Translations under genes and position numbers: made by a program
Part shown: positions 48,340-56,175 of the stretch, one piece after another
How the letters are laid out: every line of letters begins with the position of its first letter
Position numbering within the stretch: the stretch's first letter is position 1
The notes under the pieces: model-generated
Told to the model about the DNA's origin: nothing
The model's database searches: none
Seen by the model: only the letters and a program-made list of their open reading frames with translations
Source of the DNA: a virus
Virus record (IMG/VR): IMGVR_UViG_3300042878_002532
Span: 49,294-113,293 of that record
Reading direction: 5' to 3' (one strand)
DNA length: 64,000 bases

Positions 48340-49488
48340 ATGATTGGAGATAGTTTTAATTTCGAAGATGTCTTTTTTAGAGACCTTACCGTCTGCGTAT
48401 TAGATACGCTTGAGGGACAAATAAAGTGGACAAATCGATTCACATCAGGTGATGTGTTTGTTCAGGTTCCTATATACTACTCTCTTACAGGAGATGAAAG
48501 GTTCTTATTGGACTCATTTTCAGATGATATTGTTTCCGAAAACAGGTTCATTGAGTTAAATACTGATTTGATACCAAGAGGTCATCTTACTATGACAAGC
48601 TTTAATATAAAGTCTGACGAATTTGCCAATCCAAATGTTTGGCTTAGAATGGTTGTTGAGAATGATTTTGAAATAAGAAAGGTTCTTGGAAAAGTTAGAG
48701 CTATTCCAATAACGGTCAACTACGACTTAGAAATCACACTATCAAGTGAGATTGATACATTCAAATGTAGTCAAGCTATATTAGATACTCTTTGGATTTA
48801 TAAGTTTATGTACTTCGAGCACAACTTCATGAACATAGATGCTGTTCTTGTTATGCCAGATTCCAACACAATAGAGATGAGTAGAGATAAGAACTTGACG
48901 AGTGATAACAATATCAAATTGAAATGTTCCTTTACCGTTGAGACTTACTATCCGGCTTTTAGAAGAGATAGAGTAACATCTACTGGATATCCAAGAGAAT
49001 ATGGATCTGGTATGAAAGATGGTAATGGTTTTGCACTTACGGGTGGAGTATCTGACTATTTTGAACAACCGAGTCAGGGTGGAACTATAAATACGGGTAG
49101 TGTAAATACAAATGAAACTGTTGGTGTTGATCCAAATTCACCAAATGGTGGAGGTGGTGCTTCAAGACCGGTCTTTCCATCCACAGGACCTGCAGGAACT
49201 ACTACAGGACCTAATACCGGACCTAATGGTAAACCATGGATAAATGGACCATTTAATCCAAACAATCCATTACCTGGATATGGTCAGACTGGTACTTTTA
49301 ACAATACTGGAGGTAGCACGAACCCTTCGGATCCTTACGGAACTTTTGGTCAAGACGGATATGCAATAGAGCCAAAAAGAACAAGATGGTTCAATAATAT
49401 ACTTAGATCTAGAGAGAGAGCGGGTGGTAGTTCGACTGATCCAGTAACCGGACAACAGAATGTAACACCTCGTACGCCAAATCAATAA
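48340..49488 (+). CDS. Tail completion/sheath stabiliser (T4 gp15-like) with a P/G/N/T-rich extension
   Basis: VPIYY....ERFL, IPRG, PITVNYDLEI and FTVETYYP. Confidence 0.68.
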   Translation: MIGDSFNFEDVFFRDLTVCVLDTLEGQIKWTNRFTSGDVFVQVPIYYSLTGDERFLLDSFSDDIVSENRFIELNTDLIPRGHLTMTSFNIKSDEFANPNVWLRMVVENDFEIRKVLGKVRAIPITVNYDLEITLSSEIDTFKCSQAILDTLWIYKFMYFEHNFMNIDAVLVMPDSNTIEMSRDKNLTSDNNIKLKCSFTVETYYPAFRRDRVTSTGYPREYGSGMKDGNGFALTGGVSDYFEQPSQGGTINTGSVNTNETVGVDPNSPNGGGGASRPVFPSTGPAGTTTGPNTGPNGKPWINGPFNPNNPLPGYGQTGTFNNTGGSTNPSDPYGTFGQDGYAIEPKRTRWFNNILRSRERAGGSSTDPVTGQQNVTPRTPNQ

Positions 49489-49553
49489 AAATAGAAAAAA
49501 ATGGCTTTTTGTAGTTAATATATACTCTATACATAAAAAAAATATCAAAAAAT

Positions 49554-50837
49554 ATGAAGAATCTTAAACTTGAATTGTTTAACTTTAAAAAGAATCTTTC
49601 TCTAGAACAAGATGAGATTTCTACGATAGTTGAGGGACACATGAATGCTTGTAATGAAGCTTCTGAAAAATCCATCGTAATTTCGTTAAACGAAAGACTT
49701 AAACCTTATACTTACGATAAAAGCGTTAAATCTCTTTTAGAGGGATTGAATGATGACATGAAGAACTTTGAGTTACTTTATGAGTTGAAAAACCTTTATA
49801 ATGTTCTTAATACTAAAAATAGTGGTGAACTTTATAGACAACCTATCAACGTACTTTTACAAACTATCAACCTTGAGACTGATCAAGACAGAATGTCTAA
49901 AGTTTTGAACGAACTTGCTATTTATGACTGGGTTCCTGAAATCAAATTATTCGTACATAACTTAACAAAATCACCTGAGCAAAGAACAAACTTATTAAGT
50001 GGTGGTAAAGGTGAATCTATCTTTACAATCGTTGAGTCTGTTGAAGATGGACACATTGCTTTGGTTAGAGATTCTTGGTTTCTTTTAAGTGAAAACGTAA
50101 TCGAAAAAACATTGGTTGAAAACCACGTTAAAGACGAAGAGTCTTTAAAATCATTGAGAATGTTAGAAACTGCAATGAAATATGCTTCTGTAACAGAAGA
50201 TAGAGTTAACTTCAGAATTTCTGAATATTTAACAATCGGATTATCTGTTGCTAAAAAAGGTAAAGTATTCATCAATGATGATGAAATGAATGACGAAACT
50301 ACATTAGAAAGTTTATTTAACTCTCCAATCGTTCCAATCGTTAACAAAAACTTTTATCCAATCTTACTTGAGGTTTCTAAAAACTTAGATAAGTTTGTTG
50401 AGTTAGACGTAGTTAAAAGAGTAAACAACTTGATTAATCCATTTTTAGAGTGTTTTGCATTCAACTATAAAAAAGCTACTTTCTTATACAGATGTGACGA
50501 AAGATATGGTAACTCATTCTTCAAATACGAATCTGCTTTAGAGTTAGTAAACGAGGTAAGAAACGAGCTTAACTATGACTTGACTTACTTCTTCGAAAAT
50601 AAATTAGGAAAAGAATTAGTTGTTAAAAGAAAGTTAGAAGACAAAGAAAGAGAAATCACACTTAAATTAGAAGACGTTAGTTTCAACATTGAAAAACTTA
50701 AAGGATCTATGAAGATGATTGGAGAATCTGAAGTATTGACAACGGCACTTAAAAACTTAGAAAAAAGAAAAACGGTTTTAGACGCAGAATTATATGGTGT
50801 TAAAGAAGTACAGTATAAAGAAAGATTAAGATCTTAA
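49554..50837 (+). CDS. Probable virion protein of unknown function
   Basis: 427 aa; late element at 49516-49524; many (L/I/V)xE sites; followed by a terminator at 50860-50885. Confidence 0.65.
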   Translation: MKNLKLELFNFKKNLSLEQDEISTIVEGHMNACNEASEKSIVISLNERLKPYTYDKSVKSLLEGLNDDMKNFELLYELKNLYNVLNTKNSGELYRQPINVLLQTINLETDQDRMSKVLNELAIYDWVPEIKLFVHNLTKSPEQRTNLLSGGKGESIFTIVESVEDGHIALVRDSWFLLSENVIEKTLVENHVKDEESLKSLRMLETAMKYASVTEDRVNFRISEYLTIGLSVAKKGKVFINDDEMNDETTLESLFNSPIVPIVNKNFYPILLEVSKNLDKFVELDVVKRVNNLINPFLECFAFNYKKATFLYRCDERYGNSFFKYESALELVNEVRNELNYDLTYFFENKLGKELVVKRKLEDKEREITLKLEDVSFNIEKLKGSMKMIGESEVLTTALKNLEKRKTVLDAELYGVKEVQYKERLRS

Positions 50838-50891
50838 TATTTATTTATTGATAATTTTTAAAAATCCCCTTTATGGGGATTTTTTGTTTTA

Positions 50892-50919
50892 TAAACTTTT
50901 TCATGTTCGATGTCTATAA
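50892..50919 (+). promoter_or_regulatory. Putative middle-class promoter TAAAC-N18-TATAA
   Basis: Lies upstream of the late sigma gene. Confidence 0.6.
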
Positions 50920-50969
50920 CATGAAAGCATGAAAATCCTTTATGGATACCAAAAAATAAATGCTTATTA

Positions 50970-51335
50970 ATGTACTTAAATAATAGAGAACTTTACATAG
51001 AATTAGTAGTCAGCAAAGCACAGGGAAGACTTACAAGGCCCGCTCAAAAAATGCTAGAGCTTTTAGCAAAGAAAACAATCAAAAAAATGAGATATTGGTC
51101 GAATGACGACAAGATGGACTGTTACCAAAGTGGACTTCTATATGTATTTCAAAACTGGTATAACTTCAACGAAGAGAAATCAGTAAATGCCTTCGCTTAT
51201 TTCACCGAAATCTTTAAAAGGGGAATAGCCAAAGGATATAACGATCTTTATAAAAAGAAAGGTGACAACGAACATCAAATAAGACTTATTTCCATAGAAG
51301 GATCTAATGACGGAATGGGTCTACACTCTTTATAG
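50970..51335 (+). CDS. Late-transcription sigma factor (T4 gp55-like)
   Basis: YLNNREL...NFNEEKSVNAFAYFTE matches the gp55-type pattern YVNNKE...F..EKS.N.FAY.T. Confidence 0.8.
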   Translation: MYLNNRELYIELVVSKAQGRLTRPAQKMLELLAKKTIKKMRYWSNDDKMDCYQSGLLYVFQNWYNFNEEKSVNAFAYFTEIFKRGIAKGYNDLYKKKGDNEHQIRLISIEGSNDGMGLHSL

Positions 51336-51485
51336 ATGATATCAACAACAAAAATATTTACATACGACATAGTCGCCGCTCCTAGTTTTGGAATGGCTAC
51401 TATGTCTTTTAATATGACTATAAATCCTTCGAGGAGAACTCTTAGAAGAAGCAAGATCAAGAAGGTATTTCTACAATCTTTATAG
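51336..51485 (+). CDS. Unannotated 49-aa peptide resembling the Asp-bearing strand of the prohead protease
   Basis: MISTTKIFTYDIVAAPSFGMATMSFNMTINPSRRTLRRSKIKKVFLQSL versus KKLFTYDIVADPGFASAKMS in the protease gene at 60879. Confidence 0.6.
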   Translation: MISTTKIFTYDIVAAPSFGMATMSFNMTINPSRRTLRRSKIKKVFLQSL

Positions 51486-51657
51486 TTATCTCTATCTCTA
51501 CATTCTTATCTTTGAATTCTGCTAATTTTGCGTCAACAAAATCTGATGGATTGTGAAGGCTCACATGATTTTTCTTAATACGGGTTTCAATACCAAAATT
51601 GTCTTTTGCTTCAAATACTCGTCCTTGGTATTTTTCTGTGTTGCTTGATGAAATCAT
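51457..51657 (-). CDS. Small hypothetical protein
   Basis: MISSSNTEKYQG...; TAAATTTG at 51702-51709 upstream. Confidence 0.55.
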   Translation of the reverse strand: MISSSNTEKYQGRVFEAKDNFGIETRIKKNHVSLHNPSDFVDAKLAEFKDKNVEIEITIKIVEIPS

Positions 51658-51719
51658 AATATCTATTTTTATGCTAATATATGTATTATTTATTACATCC
51701 ACAAATTTATATATACTAT

Positions 51720-52403
51720 ATGGAGAGAATAGATAGATTTAATGTATTTGAGGCCAAAATTGTTCCTTTGAACAGAATGCCCAGAAGTAGCCGAAAACCA
51801 GAGAGATCCGGAAGATCCGGAAGATTACTTACTGATGAACAAAAATACTATGATGAAAACCAAATAGAAGATACAAGTGGTCCAAAACCCGCTATGTTAT
51901 TTACAGATGTTGTAGGATCTTCTAAAATGTGGTCCGACGATCCACAAACTATGAGCATACAACTCGATAAACATTTTAAGATTATGGATAATCTTGCTAG
52001 AAAGTATGGTGGTTTTGTGGTTAAAACAATCGGTGACGCCTTTATGGTATATTTTCCAAAAAACGAAAAGTCATTAGAAAATGCTGTTGATTTTGCGGTA
52101 GAGGTAATCAAAATTGAAGAGCTTCCACTTAGAATAGGAATATGCTCTGGTAATATGACTGCCAAAAAATGTAGAATACAGAATGTTGAGCTTGTAGACT
52201 TTTTTGGAGATGTTGTGAACACTGCATCAAGAATGGAGTCCAAAGTTGCAGAGCAGGGTGGTATTGCATTTACCTCTGTTGATAATATTGATAATCAAAT
52301 GGAGTCTATTTCAAAAAAATACAAATTGGTTAAGATAACTGGTAAAGGTATTCCAGATTTAAAAGGTGTGAAAGTCGAATTTGCTTATAAGTTAAAAGTA
52401 TAA
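51720..52403 (+). CDS. Class III nucleotidyl (adenylate) cyclase with a capsid-targeting-like N-terminus
   Basis: FTDVVGS, VKTIGDAFM, LRIGI and DFFGDVVNTASR; start MERIDRFNVFE just behind a TATATA element. Confidence 0.9.
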   Translation: MERIDRFNVFEAKIVPLNRMPRSSRKPERSGRSGRLLTDEQKYYDENQIEDTSGPKPAMLFTDVVGSSKMWSDDPQTMSIQLDKHFKIMDNLARKYGGFVVKTIGDAFMVYFPKNEKSLENAVDFAVEVIKIEELPLRIGICSGNMTAKKCRIQNVELVDFFGDVVNTASRMESKVAEQGGIAFTSVDNIDNQMESISKKYKLVKITGKGIPDLKGVKVEFAYKLKV

Positions 52404-52431
52404 AAAAACCCACTCAAATGAGTGGGTTTTT
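52402..52431. terminator. CCCACTC-family bidirectional terminator
   Basis: AAAACCCACTCA-aa-TGAGTGGGTTTT. Confidence 0.8.
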
Positions 52432-52435
52432 AGTT

Positions 52436-53509
52436 TTAGTTTTCTTCCAAAACTTCTTCGTCTTGTAGAATAGTTCTTACCATTCTATCAACTATTAAAT
52501 ATGGATCTCCGTTAGATGCTGGTCTTCTATCTTCGATATAACCAATCGCATTTGGATCGTTTATCGTAGAAGGAATTCTAATAGATTTAGTTCTATCTCC
52601 AATACCCCATCCAAAGTCTTTGATAGACGATGTTTCGTTCGCACCGGTTAGTCTTTCGTCATTGTTCTCTCCATATACCGCTATATGTTCTGCATGAGTC
52701 TTCTCAAGCTTCTTACACATTTCGATTGCAATCTCTTTTTTGTTTACTTTGTCTTCTCTAATATTTTTTGTCGAAAAGTTTACATGCATACCTGAACCAT
52801 TCCAATCATTTCCTTTAAATGGTTTTGGATCTAATTCGATTCTATAATCAAACTCTTCACTCAATCTATGTAAAATGTATCTTGAAATCCATAGTTGATC
52901 CGCACCGTCTTCTGCAAATACAGTTCCTACTTGATATTCCCATTGTCCTAAAGCAACTTCTGCATTTGTTCCGGATATAGAGATTCCTGCATTAAGACAA
53001 AGGTCTGTATGTGCTTCTACAAACTCTCTTCCTACTACATTGTTAGCACCAACTGAACAATAGTATTCACCTTGTTCTCTTGGCTCATCTTCTGTTGGCC
53101 ATCCTAATGGTCTATTTGTTTTGTTATCAAAGATAAAATACTCTTGTTCCCATCCATACATAGTTTCATCGTCATATTTTTTTAACGATTCGGTCATTTT
53201 AACTCTTGTATTACTTTCGTGTGGAGTACCATCAATATTATAAACCTCACAAAGAACTAAAATAGAGTTTGTTGTAAATGGATTATGAAAATAGTTTTTA
53301 GGAACTAATAGTAATTCTGATTTAGATGTTTCTGCTTGGTATGTTGAAGATCCATCAAAGTTCCATACTGGTGCTTTTCTCAAACCATTTTTGTATGAAT
53401 CTAAAATATTTGTTTCATCTTCGATGTGTTTCAGATTTACGACTTTTGTTTTTGTACGTATTTGTTGTGTTTTGGCACCATCCAACCAAATATATTCTAA
53501 CTTTTGCAT
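52436..53509 (-). CDS. glnII: Glutamine synthetase type II
   Basis: EYIWLDG, WNFDGSST, EQEY, NAEVALGQWEYQVG, DWNGSGMHVNFS and YIEDRRPASN. Confidence 0.93.
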   Translation of the reverse strand: MQKLEYIWLDGAKTQQIRTKTKVVNLKHIEDETNILDSYKNGLRKAPVWNFDGSSTYQAETSKSELLLVPKNYFHNPFTTNSILVLCEVYNIDGTPHESNTRVKMTESLKKYDDETMYGWEQEYFIFDNKTNRPLGWPTEDEPREQGEYYCSVGANNVVGREFVEAHTDLCLNAGISISGTNAEVALGQWEYQVGTVFAEDGADQLWISRYILHRLSEEFDYRIELDPKPFKGNDWNGSGMHVNFSTKNIREDKVNKKEIAIEMCKKLEKTHAEHIAVYGENNDERLTGANETSSIKDFGWGIGDRTKSIRIPSTINDPNAIGYIEDRRPASNGDPYLIVDRMVRTILQDEEVLEEN

Positions 53510-53665
53510 AATGTGTATGTTTTTTCTTATATTTATTAAAAAAAAGCTGTTCCGTTTTGCACATGGCCCCTATTTTTTAGGGCCATGTTGAAAAAAAATG
53601 TATTTTTATTTAAAATAAACTTTTACTATATTTGAATATAAAATCTATAACTATTTTTTAATATT

Positions 53666-53968
53666 ATGAACAAGGTTATTTTACAGATTTGGGAAGAATC
53701 AGAGAGAGGCTGGGGAACACGACCAGATGGTTGCTCTATGCACATAGACTTAAAAGAAAGAGAAAACTACATACAGACTATCTATGATAGTAGAAAGTCT
53801 GATGAATCTATACCTAATGAGTATGATAGGATTGTTGGTGAAGGTGTTGAAGCATTCATCGAAGATGCACTTTTCAAACTTGTGGAAAAAGACAAATCTG
53901 TTAGACTTACTCAATACCAGATGAACAATCTTATGGGTATGGAAGAAATAACAATAAAAGAAGCATGA
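53666..53968 (+). CDS. Hypothetical protein
   Basis: WEESERGWGTRPDG...PNEYDR motif. Confidence 0.7.
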   Translation: MNKVILQIWEESERGWGTRPDGCSMHIDLKERENYIQTIYDSRKSDESIPNEYDRIVGEGVEAFIEDALFKLVEKDKSVRLTQYQMNNLMGMEEITIKEA

Positions 53969-54312
53969 TTACAGGATTTTACGCGATGTTATTCGCATTT
54001 ATATTTTCGGAAATATACCATTTTTTCAACAAAAAAAGACTTGATTTAATTTTCAAGAACAAAGACACTAAAACTATAAGAAAGGTTGACATTGTTTTTT
54101 ACATGTCAAAACTTTTATCTATATTTTGGCCGATTGTGGGATTGTTTTCCAGTTTTAGTCATCTATTCCTATTGATAATAGTGATGAATCTAATGAAGTT
54201 TGTTTTTTATCATTTAAACGACCACATATATAAAGTATATATTAGTGCTCTTCCTTGGATGAACGTTGTAGTTTATATAACGATATTATCTTTTAAATTC
54301 TTTATACACTAA
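53965..54312 (+). CDS. Small integral membrane protein
   Basis: Three to four hydrophobic helices. Confidence 0.65.
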   Translation: MITGFYAMLFAFIFSEIYHFFNKKRLDLIFKNKDTKTIRKVDIVFYMSKLLSIFWPIVGLFSSFSHLFLLIIVMNLMKFVFYHLNDHIYKVYISALPWMNVVVYITILSFKFFIH

Positions 54313-54829
54313 AGTTTTTAAGATTTTCTTCAGTTATTATAATGAAAGAAAATCCTTTTTTGTTACACCAGTTTATCATAGTCTCCCATTTTTGTTTGTT
54401 CTTATAAGCCATCTTTAGATCATACTCAAAACTTTTAAGTTTCTTCATTCCTTTTTCAGGAACTGTAAGTTTACCTTCTGTTAAAGCGATTACCATTTTG
54501 TATTCTTTCATAGGCTTAACCTCAACCACTACTTCTTTTAAAACGCCGTCTGCACCTCTCATTCTATAAAAGAAGTCTGGATAGTATCTATGTGCTTTTA
54601 TACGTGTATCTCCATTTTCAAAGTGTGTCATCTGATAAGGTATTTCTAAACATTCTGCACCCCATTGAAATATCTCTTCTTTTAAATCAAGCCATACCAT
54701 TATCTTCTGTTCCCAAGAACTTCTATAATATACACCACCCTGTGTGTTTAACTTTAAAACCTTGTCTTTATTGGTTGGTATGAAGTTTCCACCGTGATAT
54801 CTACTATTGTTAGGTTTAGAATTTATCAT
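54302..54829 (-). CDS. Head completion nuclease (T4 gp4 / TnsA-like)
   Basis: YRSSWE, IPY, HRYYPDF, VEVKP, NKQKW and IITE. Confidence 0.85.
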   Translation of the reverse strand: MINSKPNNSRYHGGNFIPTNKDKVLKLNTQGGVYYRSSWEQKIMVWLDLKEEIFQWGAECLEIPYQMTHFENGDTRIKAHRYYPDFFYRMRGADGVLKEVVVEVKPMKEYKMVIALTEGKLTVPEKGMKKLKSFEYDLKMAYKNKQKWETMINWCNKKGFSFIIITEENLKNFSV

Positions 54830-54874
54830 GTATTTGATTCTTTTTATTTATATATAAAAGAAAAAACTTTACAT

Positions 54875-55570
54875 ATGAGTCCATTAGAAGGAAGAGTTCG
54901 ATTGAGTCTATTGGTTTATGGTAATAGTATAGAAGATAACTTTAAAAACAATTCTTTTTTCTTTGCCGAAAAATATTCCAAAAGTGATGAAATGGTCACT
55001 GCAAAACGTACAGAAGACATACAGATTGGTGGTTTTTACTTTCTACATTACCTTGATGACTCCAACTGGATGAAGTATTCTCCAGTATTTGTAGTGGAAC
55101 AAAAGAATTTTGGAAATCAAATCATATTATTTGCAGTAAACTTAAACTTTATACCTCTTCAGATAAGAGCTCTTATATTCGACCAATATATAGCCGAAAA
55201 TTATTTTGAAAATGATACTTTTTTGAAAGTAGACTATGTCGGTATGTATAAAGAGCTTGTCAAGTTTGGATTCGAATATGCTCTAATGGAGTATAATGTT
55301 ATTCAGATAAAGAAAGTTCATAAGATTCACATGGAAATACTTCCGCGTTTCTTCTTTTCACAGCACCCTAAGGCAACGTATGATCCAAAGAAACTGATGG
55401 ATATATGGCATAAAAAACTCGAAACAAAATCTGCCAGAAATCAAGAGATGATGAAGTCTATGGTAGATGAATTCTATGATATAAACAACGAAATATCAGA
55501 GAAGTATAAGGTTATGAAAGGTCATATAGAAAGAATTCAAAAAAGCTTAAAAAAATATGGTGGAAAGTAA
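54875..55570 (+). CDS. DNA end protector (T4 gp2-like)
   Basis: FYFLHY...YSPVFVV...AVNLNFIPLQIR; lies next to the gp4-like gene. Confidence 0.6.
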   Translation: MSPLEGRVRLSLLVYGNSIEDNFKNNSFFFAEKYSKSDEMVTAKRTEDIQIGGFYFLHYLDDSNWMKYSPVFVVEQKNFGNQIILFAVNLNFIPLQIRALIFDQYIAENYFENDTFLKVDYVGMYKELVKFGFEYALMEYNVIQIKKVHKIHMEILPRFFFSQHPKATYDPKKLMDIWHKKLETKSARNQEMMKSMVDEFYDINNEISEKYKVMKGHIERIQKSLKKYGGK

Positions 55571-55620
55571 AAAATGAGTATCTTTGTAGAGTAAATAAAA
55601 ACAAAAAAAACTCTCTCTCT

Positions 55621-56070
55621 ATGAATTACTCAACTTACATTTCTGCAGCAGAAAAGCTATCAACTTTTGGTCAAAAACAAAAAGCATTGGCTCTTATTAA
55701 CCATGCCAACGATTTGGAAAGAAAAAAAATAAACGAACTAAAATTCAATATTTTAGTTGGTGAAGTAAGACCTTTTAAAGATGCAAAGTTTCACTCCGTA
55801 CAGGTTATAAGAGAAAGAGAAGCAAACACAATCATGTGTATCTTCCAATCTGATATGGTTAATACTCACAGAATCAACGCAAAGATAAAACCGGGTGGTG
55901 AGGTTCAGTGGTCTGATGGTAATCTATTCATGGATAGACAATCTGTTAAGTCTTATCAAAGACTATTAGACTATCTAACTAACTATCAAAGTGAAGTTCA
56001 GAAACTTCTTGGAGAAATTGAGATAAAGCGAGACGATATTAAGGTCGTAAATCGAAGCTTTTATATTTAA
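55621..56070 (+). CDS. Hypothetical probable early protein
   Basis: TATCTTTG at 55579-55586 upstream and a hairpin at 56075-56101 downstream. Confidence 0.7.
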   Translation: MNYSTYISAAEKLSTFGQKQKALALINHANDLERKKINELKFNILVGEVRPFKDAKFHSVQVIREREANTIMCIFQSDMVNTHRINAKIKPGGEVQWSDGNLFMDRQSVKSYQRLLDYLTNYQSEVQKLLGEIEIKRDDIKVVNRSFYI

Positions 56071-56175
56071 AAATAAAGGGTAGTTTTTGCTACCCTTTTT
56101 TGTTTTCCTATACCACCACTCTTAAAAGAGGTACGTCATATTTTATATATACCTTAAAATTTTAAATAAATTTTA

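Noticed and set aside
51720-53509. Pycsar defence operon
   Set aside because: No adjacent cNMP-binding effector, and the specificity residues look adenylate-type.
54302-54829. Tn7 TnsA transposase
   Set aside because: Its context beside the gp2-like and portal genes, with no other Tns genes, indicates the T4 gp4-like head completion nuclease.
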